A DNA stretch of 63,655 nucleotides, counting the filler, from Collodictyon triciliatum (lineage: Eukaryota): NCBI GenBank assembly GCA_043381765.1. It is 6 parts of 6 records of this genome, joined end to end, with 100 filler letters (N's around TTAATTAATTAA, not from the genome) between each part and the next. Parts side by side here need not be neighbours in the genome. Positions count along the whole stretch, not along the records: positions 1 to 17,475 come from JBHJMP010002151.1; 5 more parts are not named here. One strand, given 5' to 3'. The notes under the pieces were generated by a model, which worked only from the letters and a program-made list of their open reading frames with translations, searched no databases and was not told the origin of the DNA. The position numbers and the translations under genes were made by a program. This document shows, in pieces, positions 1-13,972 of this stretch; within the stretch, counting starts at the first letter, position 1, and each line of letters opens with the position of its first letter.

Positions 1-101
<101 letters not shown>

Positions 102-380
102 AGCTTAAACTACAAAACATAAACAAAAAGGAAGGCATAATAAAGATTTGTAGCACACAATTTATACTGTTTTGAAGCTCAAAGGAAAGAGAGCAAAAAG
201 GCACGAAATACGACTTGATCATCAGCCCGAAGAAACGTTCCATCTGAATTTTCTACACGGCCGCCTCTGCCAATGACCTGTCTCTCTCGATCAGAAGATC
301 CTGGCCACTTTTCACGGCCAACGACTCTGAACCGAGTTAACCTTCTTCAATCCATCCCTAGTTTGCTTCACCGAGCCACT

Positions 381-510
381 ATGTCAACCTGCAACCATAT
401 TCGAAATGCTTCGTTGCTCCCCTTCCCGCAACACAACACCATCGTCCACAAAGAGGAATGCACTCTCTGCTTCGAGTCCATAGTGGGCATTCTCTACCAA
501 TATTGTTCTT

Positions 511-541
<31 letters not shown>

Positions 542-2613
542 TTTGTGTCTTCATTCTTGTTTATATAAAAAGATTAGTAATTTTTTTTCTTGTCAACTTA
601 GTATTCTCCTGAAGGTGTTGATGTTTGCCTGACCTGCTGGAATGGAGGTTGCCGTGGAGAATCGCATCACTCTGCTCTTCACCATACAAAGTCCAATCAT
701 CCCCTCGTTCTCAACATTCGCCGCGTCATCCGTCCAGTAAAATCCACAATATAATTAATTTTTTTATCCATACTATCCATCTAGTTTTCAATATGCTGAT
801 ACGAACCATCATCTCCACAGCGACGAAAAAAATAATAATCATACCTCTAACCGAGAAAATTCCTTACCGAAATATCTAAGTAGAACAATAATGACTAAGG
901 GGCTCATTTGACTAAATGATATACGCATATTTGCAAAGGACCCAGAGGAAGGCCAGCCTCAAAAAATAACCAAAGTTGCAATCGGCATGGAAGGGGGTCT
1001 GAAATTGCCCGACGAGAAATACGATGAGTTCTTTTCTGTTCACTGTTTCGCCTGCAAAGTCGATATCGCCACCGATGAAACTCTGCAGGTTTATATATTA
1101 TACAAATCCTTGGTATCACATGAAATTAATGCTGTAAAATAGTGACACAATGATATAGTATGGTGTCGTTGGATACAAACCCGATTCTGGTGTGCATATT
1201 CTTTCGTTCTATAAAGCATACATAACAATATGAGGGTTTGAAATTGTGTATTGCACCTCTTTGTAGCTCCAAAATGCAGTTGATCAAGTCATCAAAGCAT
1301 CCTCTGCTACAAAGAAGGAGGAGCTCAAGGCCTGGGAAAATCTTCGTTCTCCCTGTGAACACACACTTATGCTGAATCAAGTGACTGGCACCACCGTCCC
1401 AAGTGATTTCAATCACTATTCCTTCTTACAACTGAACCCAAACCTACACAGCCATCTATATTGCTTCTCCCCTCTATTGATAATCATTTATATGTGATTT
1501 CTCTACTTAAATTGCTGATTAATGATTTTTTTTTTTTTTTGCTGTTTTATAATTTGCAATAGGTTTAGAAAAGTGCAACAGTTGCGAAGTGTCTGACCAT
1601 CTGTGGCTTTGCCTGGTATGTGGAAATCTGGGGTGCAGCCGAAAAAACTTTGATGGAACTGGCGGAAACGGCCACGCACTTCAACACTCAGCCGCGACTG
1701 GACACACGCTTGTCGTTAAAATCGGAACAATCACTCCGGAAGGCTCTGCTGGTATTCATGATAGAAAATGAATACACGAATATGTAGTTTTTGAGATTTA
1801 CGATTTCAGTGTATGTTTCATTCTATGTCTTTTGAAATCCATGGTTATATATTGATTGATATTTGCTCATAGTAACGGACTTTTTCTTTTCTCTTTTTTC
1901 TTTTCTCTTTTTTCTTTTCTCTTTTTTCTTTTCTCTTTTTTCTTTTCCTTCCCTTTTCTTTCCCTTTTCTTTCCCTTTTCTCTCTTCTCTCTCCTCTCTT
2001 CTCTATTCTCTTTTCTTGACATATATGATACTGTTAGATGTTCATTGTTATAGTTGTGACGACGAGGTGGTCGACCCAAATCTATCAGTACATTTGTCGA
2101 ATTTTGGAATTGATATGGGCACACAGCAAAAGACTGCCACCACTATGGCTGAAATGGTACCCATTATTTTGGTTATATTTTCTCTTTCTCCTTTATTCTC
2201 ATCTGGACTCACAAAGTTTTTTTTTTTTTAGTATCACTGTAATGATATAGATACTACAAATATGATATCATAGGAATTGGAGCGCAATCTCACTTGGAAG
2301 TTCAACATGAAAACTGATGATGGGGTCGACTTCGAGCCGATTTACGGTCCAGGATACACAGGCCTTGCAAACTTGGGAAACTCGTATGTACTGATTCATT
2401 TTTCTGTCTTTTGCTTAATTTTTCTTCCATTTTTCATTTTTAAGATGTACTCCGTTCTCTTGTGCATCAAATTGTTATTATTTTGTGTTGTTTTATCATT
2501 TTTTTTAATCATCACCATTTTTAATTTTACTTTTTGAAGTTGCTATATGGCCTCGGTTATCCAAGCTGTTATGTCCATTAAGGAAGTTCGAGAAAGGTTT
2601 GTACCTTTTTTTT

Positions 2614-2696
<83 letters not shown>

Positions 2697-5600
2697 TAGT
2701 TTGTAGTTCGGAATACATAAACTGTACTTTGATTCGAATAGAGGGGAAAAAAGAATACATAAATTGTAAAAATTATAATGTGTGATATATCTTTCGATTA
2801 CCCTAGATACTATTCTCGAGCTGCAGATCATTTTGCAGCTTGTCGTGGACCTCATGCGACATGTTTTGACTGCCAGGTGCAGTATTTTGTATAATAATAC
2901 ATAATGAACTAAAAAAATTCATGATTTTTCCCTAATTAAAATTCTATGAGAATAATTCATAACAGAGTTTGTCATTGTTTTATTTAAACAACTCATATGC
3001 CACTCTGTCTGCTGAATCCCGATTTTTCTCCCTGGAAAAATAGATGCATAAAATTGCAGTGGGTATGTGGAATGGAAACCACTCCTTTCCAGCCACTGAC
3101 CCGCAAGCAAGAAAAAAGGTTTAAAAAAATATATTATTTGTTCTTTATTTGGTTCGCCTCGCTTAGAATATGTCAGAAGTATACGTGGTTTACATACTAT
3201 CAACTACGAAACAGGTTGGCATCAAACCTCTTATGTTCAAATCCCTGATAGCGGGAAATCACCGTGAATTTTCCTCCATGAGACAACAAGTGCCTTTTTA
3301 TTTCTATACTCCAGTCTGTTTAACTGAGATAATTGGTTGTCAGTGAAATGGTCTTGTAACGTAAGCACTGCAAGACATATAATTTACGAATATCCTTATT
3401 AAAAATTAATTTTTTTTGAAGGACGCCCTGGAATACTTCATTTACTGGATGACTCAAATTCATAGAAAAGAGCGGTAATCCCTAGCTTTTGAATGATATA
3501 TTTCGCCCGTTACTCATCTAATATATCAACATATGTGTCTATGGTTTAGTACGAATGGCCCAAGTTCCGATATTTCTTCCCTGTTTCGATTTAAATCAGA
3601 GGAGCGACTCCAGGTCTATTGATACTCTTCATATTTTTCACTATCCAGCTTCTTCAACAAAGCACAGAATATTAAGCTCTCCATAATAACCTCGCTGCGC
3701 TTTGAATCAAATAAAGGGGAAAAACTCCATAGTACAAAAATGACATTTTTCATCTCTCAAATGCATATATTTCTCCGTATTTTATATTTCATATTTTCTT
3801 TTAAACACAGTGTCTTCAATGCAAAAACGTTCGGTATAGCGAGCTGGAGCAAATGGATGTATGTCTGCAAAAATTGTTTGATGACCATTCTTAACAAACC
3901 TTCTGCATGTTGCCCGATGATAGTGAATTCACCTATGTATATTAGTTTGCAGTGTATGTCCCGCCAGAGGGTGACGTACATGACCTGAGACAACTTCTCC
4001 AAACGGCATACGAGTCTGAATATGTTCACTATACATGCCCAACATGCCGCTCACTGAAAAAATCACTTCGGTTTGGATTCATTTCCTCTATTATAACAAT
4101 GGATTTTTCCCCCTCTTTATTCGATTCAAAGTATACCGATGCATATTGGATCTAAATAGATATCACATTTCAATTTTGTACATGTTTTTCCATAATCGTA
4201 TAGTCAAACTTCTCTTCCTAAATTCCTCAGGAGCACAAAGTTTTCATCTTTTCCTAAATACCTGGCGATTTCTGTCAAGCGTTTTGTTTATCAAAACTAT
4301 GTCATAAGGAAGTTAGGTACTGCCAGAACCTGTGTTTACAAAAGGCTTTGAATGACTTAATATTTTGCTTTATATCTATACTTTCTTTTATTGATATTTA
4401 TTGGGCTTTATTGTGTCTTGTTTGATTGCTTTAAAAGAAAATCGCTATAGTCAGTGATGTACTTGTACCGGATACCTTGTCTCTGGATAATTTCCGAAGC
4501 AGAGGTATCCAACCCGGAGATGTTCTATATCCAAATTCACCACTACAGCCAACTAAGACACTTGCTGTTCCAGAAGGTTCATAGTGAAATATATTGCTCT
4601 TGAATTCATTTTATTCTTATTAATTCAGGCGAATAAAATTACATGACTAAAGATTGTATTTATCACCTTTATCATCCCATTTACTCATGCTATTTTTGAA
4701 GTCAATCCAGAGACTCTGGCCGAGCTCATCCAGATGGGGTTTCCTGAAATTCGATCACGAAAAGCTGTAAAACCATTTAAAAATTCTTGTGCATAAGACC
4801 TTAAACATATGTCGTATTTATCCGTGAATATAAAAGATGAGTTGAGAATATTGCCTCGAAGTTTACATATCTTTCCCAAATAAAATAATCAAAGCTGTTG
4901 TTAGATTGTAGCCACCGGAAATGGAGACTTGGAAGCATCGATGAACTGGCTTCTCGAGCATATGGATGACCCTGGTGTGTGTTAAATGCCTTATTAAATG
5001 TTATAATCCTGATTTGTCTATCCGCTCTTTTTATAAAATGATCATCAATAAACAAGCATTCATTACCACAACTATTGCATATTGAAAGTTGTTTTTATTC
5101 ATATGTAAATGTATATTTATCAAAAGATATCGATACCCCACCGGCCACAAAACCGCCCTCTGGTGGCCCCAAAAAGTCCTTTCCTTCTGAACTAATCTCT
5201 CAGGTACAGCGAAGCAGCGGGAAATCAATCACAGAACTACCTGCTTGTTTTTTTTTTTTCTTTCTACATTCTTCTCTTTTACATATCGAAATAATTTGAT
5301 GACACATTCTCAAATTATTTATGTTCTACGGACTATGGACTTGAATTCAGCTGACGGACATGGGATTCACAGAGTCTCGAGCTGTTAAGGCGCTTTCTGA
5401 AACGGTAAACCATCGCTGACTTATTTCCTTACATAATGACGTGTATAAATTCACACACTTAGTGTCATTGTATTTACATGTGTATTTTTTTTCTATCAAT
5501 AACCTGATTTTATCAAAGGATGGAAATGCAGAGAGAGCAGTCGATTGGCTTTTTAGCCACATGGACGACCCAGAGGAGGTTTTTGTTAGAGCAATAATTC

Positions 5601-6237
5601 CTTTAACTCAGTTTCTTTCAAACATTAGTGCGCATATTGCATTTTTTTTTTGATATTTTACCGTTGTGCTTTACTATTTTTATTTTAATTTTGTGCATTG
5701 GCCAGCCGATAAGTTGATTGACTGATTAAATAAATGTCTATTTCGCTTTCGTAATCAAAGCCAACTCCTGTTCAGAGTGAGGAGGCCCAATCAAGCGAGC
5801 CAGCTGAAGGTAATGGGAAGAGCAATCATATTTGATTGTAGCTCATTAGATAACCTTGGGTGTACACTATTCTGCAACAGTATAGAATCACATCATGATT
5901 TGCTATTTCTTACTCACATATTTGCATTAATATATTAGCAGACAACAGACCCGCACTTTATAACCTTGTGAGCTTTGTGACTCACCTTGGAACATCCACA
6001 TCGTGCGGTCACTACGTCGCGCACATACGGTTTTTTCCCCTTTTTCATATGTTTCCGATCTGCTACTTTGATTTGGGTGGTGTGCGGCAGTGTCCTTTGC
6101 ACATGACATCCAGTCTCACACATGTCCGCAAACACAGGAAAGAAGGGAAGTGGGTGGTCTTTAATGACGAAGAAGTCGCGGTCAGCCCGGTGGCTCCGAC
6201 TGGGAAGGCGTATGTCTACATTTACGAGCGCCAGTGA
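381..6237 (+). CDS. USP5: Ubiquitin carboxyl-terminal hydrolase 5/13 (isopeptidase T, UBP14), about 25 exons
   Basis: Manual splicing gives an N-terminal ZnF (VHKEECTLCF), zf-UBP (LWLCLVCGNLGCSRKNFDGTGGNGHALQH), Cys box (GYTGLANLGNSCYMASVIQ), EFSSMRQQDALEY, two UBA domains (MGFPEIRSRKA...WLLEHMDDP; MGFTESRAVKAL...AVDWLFSHMDDP) and His box ([30 protein letters not shown]). ATG at 381, TGA ending at 6237. Confidence 0.95.
2722..2752 (+). mobile_element. LINE 3'-tip micro-insertion with an 11-bp TSD
   Basis: CTGTACTTTGATTCGAATAGAGGGGAAAAAA flanked by GAATACATAAA at 2711-2721 and 2753-2763. Confidence 0.8.
3686..3724 (+). mobile_element. LINE 3'-tip micro-insertion with a 7-bp TSD
   Basis: ATAACCTCGCTGCGCTTTGAATCAAATAAAGGGGAAAAA flanked by CTCCATA at 3679-3685 and 3725-3731. 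Confidence 0.85.
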
Positions 6238-6812
6238 TTTGCCGTGCATCATCAAACGGATGGCATCCTTTCCATTCGTTTTTTTTTTTTCCCTCTCCTT
6301 TTTTTAAAAAAAGAAAGGAAAAAAAAAAAGAAAAAGAAAGGAAAGCATCGATTTGTTAGGAAAAGGCATAAAGGATATAAAGAGTGCGTGACAAAAGAAT
6401 TAGTCCGTGAAGCATCTTTATGTCCGTCTTGTTGGTGTCTTGTATGATGTAATTTAATGGAAGAGGCAAAAGCTACTTATAACGTCTCTAACAAAGTTAC
6501 CTAGATGACTCATTCCTGCGCATTTTAAATGGGACCTCAGTTTCAAACACACCACCAAGAAAAATTAGTAAAAAGCGAACGTGTTTAATATTATCATTAT
6601 TATTTCTTAATCTCATTGAGAATATCATCAAATACTGCTTAAAATAACTATCTCGAGTGCAATTTGCCACAGTTCGGTCAGAAAGAATGGAAAGAGAGTC
6701 CCTTTATAATCACACATTAATCATACTGCTTGAGGTATCGAAGACCCCGATTAGCTTGCAATGAAAAGGTAGCACAGTAGAGGCGAAATACCAAAGAAAA
6801 GAAAAGAGAAAA

Positions 6813-6866
6813 AGCAACGCAACGCAACGCAACGCAACGCAACGCAACGCAACGCAACGCAACGCA
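6813..6866. repeat. (GCAAC)n microsatellite
   Basis: Direct reading. Confidence 0.95.
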
Positions 6867-6872
6867 GATGGG

Positions 6873-9800
6873 TCAGAATCCTTCAAAGGCTTCGCCGAGT
6901 GCCTTTTCCATCTCTATTGGGTCGCCGCGCAGTGCGACATATGTGCCCGGTGAATATATCTCTGCAAGACCGAGAATAATCGAAAAGTCTGTGTCTGACG
7001 TATATCCCAGTGTTTTCTGTGTGGATGTATTTTGTAGCTCTTATTATTATTATTGTTCATTCGTTCGTTTGTGGCAATAAACTGGGTGATGGGAATAGAG
7101 GGGAGACCAACGGAGTCAGGACGTTTGTTGGGCGAGTTGGATAGCGCTCTCAAATGATAGTTTGAGGATTGAGAAAGGAAGAGCGAAAATCTAGAATAAG
7201 AGAGATTCGTTTTACCATGATTCGGTCTCTAGTGCGAGAAGATACAGGGCCTTTGCTCGACCTATTGATTCTATCTGGCCCACGCGTTTCGCTTTATGCG
7301 TCATAATGATAAACAAATGGACGAGTCGAACGAACAGCAAATATAGCAATGGTATATTGATGAGATTAGAGGAGATGATAATAAAAGAATGCATATATAG
7401 AGCATAGTACATATATATATAAGAAGCTGGAAGGTCACTTTGGAAGGTTAGAATAGAGTAAAAGGCAAGTATCGTGTTATCGCCTGTTGTTCGCGACAAT
7501 ATACATATATAAGGGAATGACAAACTGGAAAAAATGAGGGGAATGTGTGCGGACAATAAAATCATGTAACACTAACCTCAAATCATCTAAAAGCTTAAGC
7601 AAGGCTACCACTTTTCTATTCAAGGCCCTTGTAAAGTTTTGTATGTAGTGCTCCCTCATAAAGACAGGAACGAAAAAGACCTAGGTATGTGCGAACTGAT
7701 TGGTGACGTTTTTTTCTCCTTTGTCTCTGTGCCATAGAATCATTTGTGGATGAATTTGGGGTGTGGCAAATAGTTTCGTAAATCTGAATTACATACATCA
7801 TCAACAAGCTTTTCCACCATAGGTGCAACTTCATTGGGAGGATGGAAAAGTCCATTCCTAAAAGATGAAGATATTTTGAATACAAACAAAGTGGTGTCTG
7901 TGTGTTCATTTTTGTGTCTAGTATAAAGTAAATATACAAAATACGCAAGAACAAACATGACTTCCCATTTGTGCAGAGAAGAAGTCGATAGTTCTTTGAT
8001 TTGCCAAGTCGGATGCAGAAATCTTTTTGACAAATGCTCAGATATCGGAGTGTTACTCCCATTCGGGTTCAAGCTTGATGCAACTTCATTCATGACGAGT
8101 AAATAGTCCTCTCGGAGTTTACGGTATTCTGGATAAAGATTGGTGCGCCGTACCGACCTTCATGTAAAAAAAAAGGAGAGATAAAAAAAGGTATGTGACT
8201 CAATCTTAAATAAATGGGACATTTTACTTATTTAATTTATTGAAAGACTCTCATCTATTTAGCATCTATGCATATCAAACATTATCAAGTAGCCAACATC
8301 TTCACCATCCTGCACAAAATTGAAAGGAAGAATAAAAAAAAATCAAACATTATCAAGTGGATGAGACTCACTGGTCACGCAAGTCAATCAACGTGGTAGG
8401 GAGTATGGATTGAATCACCATCTCATCTGATATAACGTTCTCATCAGCTCGATGATGCGATTTACTTGATAAACTCATTCCTGATTCTCTCCTTGATATC
8501 TCAAATCCAATATTTGATTTGCGCTTTGAACCTTTATCTGAGTCTGGTTGATATCCAACTTCTGAAAGCATATCTGAAAATCTAATTCCTTGAACTCCAT
8601 CGATAACATTTACATGAATATCAACGATAGTTAAGTATGAGGATATATCGCCCTAATACAAATGTCTTTGTTACGAAGGGAAAACTTATTGCATTATCAA
8701 GTAAACGATATTTCAACCATGGTTTCATATCTAAGCTTGATTTTTACATGTATTATCAATCCTTGTAAATGCAAGTCTGGAACGAAGTAGTTTTTGTATC
8801 TGTCGCAGTATGCAGCACACCTTCTCTCACGGTGTGAAAGAAACATGGCCATTGTAGATATAAACTAAATTACAAAGTAGACGATGAATAATTGAATAGG
8901 TTCAATTTCATGATGGTACGGTGATATGATAGACTTACAGTGTTTATAACTGGCTCATTTTGTCCAATCACAATAGCGTTTTTGTGAGTTTGCAAATAGG
9001 ATGTGATAGCCCTTTAAAAACATATATTTCAGTCTCGACAGCTGTGAGAATTTCGTATAGATGTTAAGGTGACGGTGTTTCTAACTCAAGAAATTACCTT
9101 TTTATAAATTTTTTGGGGTACTCCAACTCCGCTTTCAAATAGAATAGAGTATGTTTGATATTGATTATAGGAATAACAGCAGATAGCAATGCCTCAATGT
9201 TCACTAGCGCCGATAACAACCATTGAAAACATACAGGACTTGTGATAGGCATATCCTATTAGTGTTTTTTGTTGTTGTTGTTGTTTTTGTTGAGAAAAAA
9301 AAGGGTATCGCCGATTATTCATTTCATTAATATTTGTGAAAAAATTGAAGTAAATGCCGCTTCGGGAAACTCATACGGCCAATTAATTACCATATATTTA
9401 AATATTTGTATATTTTTTGTGAGATGGGCGAGTCTATCTCGGATTGGTCGGAACGATTGAATAACTCTGTTCAAATGTTCCTGAATATATTTTTATATTG
9501 AGATGAATAAATAGTATTTCTAGATAGAAGATTCTTCCTCTTCCAAACAATTCAGTCTGTTAATACCTCATTTATTTTCATTTGCTAAGTATACCTTGTA
9601 GAAAAAGGTTGCCAAGGAATACGGAATTGGATGACCTTTCCTCTTGACATGAAATAGACAGGAAATAGCGCAAACACCTTGATGTTTTTTAGCCATTTCC
9701 AATATTGAATTCATAAATGAATTTAGGTTAGGATCAATCAATGGATTACTTTATAAAATGAATGAATCATTATCTAACAAAAGGAATGTACAGTACCGTA

Positions 9801-11181
9801 TTCTGGTAGCATAATCAAATTTATTTCAGCACCATCCTAGGGTAAGTAAAGCATAAAATAGTGAGATTAGAAATCAATCAAATATCAGTAACTACAGCCT
9901 GATGAAATCTTGATTGTATGGCCAAATTACATCTTTTTCTCTATCCTTCCCAACTCGACATATTTCTCCCAGAAATATCTGCCTCATTACATGAAATTGA
10001 AGGTCTTGAGATAAAAGTTTTTGTGTTATCTAAAATAAGGATGTATAACTTTGGTTATTACTTTTATTATAACTATAACATACACTTTATCATGTACATG
10101 TTAGTGAATATTGCTTTTTAAACGCACAAATCACATATTATATCACATTTTTCGATTTATTAGATCAGATTTTGAGAGTATCAGACCTTATATTTTTCTG
10201 CTGCTTCAGAGATATCATCTTCATTGTATGAGACTGAATGCACCCACACCTGAGAGAATGAATATACGATGAAAGGCGATAAATACAAGCGATTGAGATA
10301 AAGGGAAAAGCTCATGTCAGTAAGAGAGCTTCCTTAAAAATCTGATAAAAAATTATTTCAGGTCTTTTTCTTGAATCCAGCTTTTTTTTTTTTTAGCTCT
10401 ATTCACCAGTATGCCAAATATAATTCATTTTAAAAAAAATGATCAAATTCAATACGGAGCTAAGGAAAAAAAAATTCAATACGGAGCTCAATCATACATG
10501 CTCGATTTTAGGACCAAACACTTCATGCCATAGAGAGAGCTGAAAGCAAGATACGAAGTTGGAGTGTGGCATTTCGTCCATGTAATACTGCGTTTGGCCA
10601 GTAAACTCTGATAAATATTTCATTTTGGCTGCTATAAATTTAATTATTTTGATTAATAAGGAATATCTTCTAAAAAGTAAAAAAAAAAAAAAAAAATCAT
10701 TTCTGATCTTTTTATGTGAGATATCTCTGTCATATATAAGTATATTATGATTGCAAAAGGGTTTATTGGATTCATAATAAAAAGAATGAGGTATTAGATT
10801 TAGAAAAGCAATGAAGAGAATATAGATGAATAGAGAAAAAGAGAAACCATATTGGTATTTCGTGGATGTCTCCGAATAAGTAGAGTCTCTTAATGCCGGC
10901 TGGTATTGATCATCTTCGGATGTAGAGAGAACACTATACCTGCCCTTCAGCCAAGCCTGAGGCGCAGCAAACGCCTCGTCTGACACGCTTGTTGTTTTCT
11001 TTATTGAAGTATGCAACTCACTTTTGCAGACACTTGAAACGTCAGAGTTCGTCGATCGTGTTTCTAAAGTGCCCATCGGCAAGGAGGCGGTCTCTCGCTT
11101 TTGATCATGATGAATTTTTTGCCCCAAACCTGCCTGAGACTCGCTGCGGGCGATCCTTTCGCTCTGCTCGTCCTCGCTCAT
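6873..11181 (-). CDS. C9orf72: C9orf72-like DENN/longin protein, multi-exon; start codon uncertain
   Basis: Spliced minus-strand exons read SLWHEVFGPKIEHVW, QIFLGEICR, RDRLAHL, FIKRAITSYLQTHKNAIVIGQNEPVINTFISTMAMFLSHRERRC...FVPDLHLQGL, SILPTTLIDL and a last exon TDFSIILGLAEIYSPG...FEGF*. These match C9orf72 motifs in the same order (YWDNILGPRVRHIW, LNGEILR, AISSHLQT..SVVVG, FLTPAERKC, YPTTHID, IIMALAEKIKPG). Confidence 0.85.
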
Positions 11182-11425
11182 GGATTCTTTCCTGCGTTGA
11201 AAGGGTATTTTGCAGCGATAAAATCGATTACATAGACACTAATGTCGGTTGGTGCGAAGTTTACGTTTCCTTGTTCTTGTCCAACTTTCATGTTCACATA
11301 ACCGTGACACTCATTCCTTTATCGTGATTTCAAAGCAAGTTTGACAACTGCTCTGTCAAGGAAAAGAAACATTGAAGGCCCCTATTTTCAGAAAAGGGTG
11401 TGCTTATGCAAAATTAGTATGAATG

Positions 11426-11721
11426 CTTTGAATGGTTATATATTGGCAGCTTTTAATTGGTTTTTAATTGGTTTTTGATTGGTTTTTGATTGGTTTTTGA
11501 TTGGTCTTTGAATGGTTATATATTGGCAGCTTTTAATTGGTTTTTGATTGGTTTTTGATTGGTTTTTGATTGGTTTTTGATTGGTTTTTGATTGGTTTCT
11601 AATTGGTTTCTAATTGGTTTCTAATTGGGTTTTAATTGGGTTTTAATTGGCTTTTAATTGGCTTTTAATTGGCTTTTAATTGGTTTTTAATTGGTTTTTA
11701 ATTGGCTTTTAATTGGTTTTT
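11426..11721. repeat. 10-bp minisatellite (TTTTRATTGG-type) with a duplicated leader
   Basis: Tandem TTTTTGATTGG/TTTTAATTGG units. The leader CTTTGAATGGTTATATATTGGCAGC occurs twice. Confidence 0.9.
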
Positions 11722-12229
11722 ATGTTTCTAGCTTATGAGAATTATTATGGGTTGCAATGACAGGGTATCACTAAAGCCAATATGTATGTTTTATTCCATG
11801 GTGCATTTTTACTCTTTCTCAAGGAATAATCGATCGAAGCAACTACTGCAACAACCCCAAAAAGAATTTAATAAGAAAGAACGAGTTATCATGGCTCCAA
11901 AAAAAATAAGTCATTATTAAATCATCTCATAGATTCCTCGAAACTTTTTATGTAGAATAATTCATGACGCCATGGAAGACAATCTGAGAAGTGTTTTAAT
12001 CCCTGGAGAATCTGTTCCAGAAAGCATCGCCACCATGGAAAACATCCCGTCGTATGTACGGAATGGTGCTCGTCGGCTGAGTGCCGTTGTCGGATTAAGT
12101 ATCAATCATATTAATAAATATCGACTTTCCGATCCCTACAAATAACCATGACTCGTTTAAAAGTAAAAGAATTCGCTGGAGATTTGCTATCATCTAAAAT
12201 ATGGCAAGAAAGAAGTATCTTCATCGGCC

Positions 12230-12900
<671 letters not shown>

Positions 12901-13762
12901 AGGTCAGATTGTAGATGTCGAGGTTCAAGACAAGTAAACACTTGCTGATTTAATATACTTTGTGGTATCATCCCAATAGGTTATTATCCAAGGGACAAAC
13001 CCGACCAGAAAACAATCGTCCATCACCAGTTGAACTCTACCCTTTCAACATCCGAAGCAACGTTCAACCAGACTCCACTTGTGTTTATCTTCCAAGTAAC
13101 CCTTTTCTCCCTTCACCCGCTTTTATGTCATCGTTCTCTGGAAACATACGTACATCGCACTTTGCATGTCAGCCAAACTTGAACTCGGATGATATATTTC
13201 GATCGTAATTAAACAAGCCAGGTAGGAGACATCGTGAGAGGTAGGGTCATATCAAGAAAACCAGATTCCATTCGAATGAGCACAAAGAAACCCGATGAAG
13301 TAAGAGAATCATCAATCATCAATCATCAATCATCAAGCACGAATCAAACAGGGCGTCTGGCTTAGCTTCTGCCCCAAATGCAAAGAGCCCGTTGCGATGC
13401 TCAGTGAATGGACACTAACATGCCTCCCTTGCAATCTCCTAACACATCGCAAAGTTTCTCAAACATACTCCCTGGAAATGTGATCCTCCTTGCAAGGTCA
13501 AGATGCTAACAGATATCTTTGAATCGGATAAAGGGAAAGAAGAAGAAAAAAAAGAGAGCGATGCAAACTGATAAACATACCGCTCCCTCTGTAATATCTC
13601 CGACATTCCTTTATTTGAATTTTTTTTTTTTTTTTTGCTTCTCTTTTTCTTTGGCGCTTGCCATTCAGCGCGGTTCCGTAGTGGGCATAGGCTTGGGTGT
13701 TGTCTGCAACTCTTTCTGGTCAGCCTCTTTGGTTTTTCATATTTTCTTCGTGTGATGGTCTA

Positions 13763-13972
13763 CTACTGAGGTCCCGTCTCGATGAAGAGCCCGTCTCCAT
13801 AGTAGATCACAATAGAAGCAACAACAAAGTAGGCCAAATTGCGGCCGGCAGAAAAGATCTGTGCTCTGGCACTCGAGTTCTGAAGGATCACGTTCACCGT
13901 CTCTGCAAAAGTTGGCTCGTGGTGGGCCTCGCCGGCGATTTCTTCGTGGACTTCACGGCTCTCAAGGCTCAT
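13763..13972 (-). CDS. Small (69 aa) protein with a single C-terminal hydrophobic segment; possibly a small TOM-type subunit
   Basis: GC-rich ORF between A/T-rich flanks. It has an acidic N-terminus and the hydrophobic stretch LAYFVVASIVIYYG near the C-terminus. The family assignment is a guess. Confidence 0.5.
   Translation of the reverse strand: MSLESREVHEEIAGEAHHEPTFAETVNVILQNSSARAQIFSAGRNLAYFVVASIVIYYGDGLFIETGPQ

Noticed and set aside
6813-6866. Repeat next to the C9orf72 gene as an analogue of the human GGGGCC expansion
   Set aside because: The motif and position (3' of the stop) differ, and microsatellites are everywhere in this genome.
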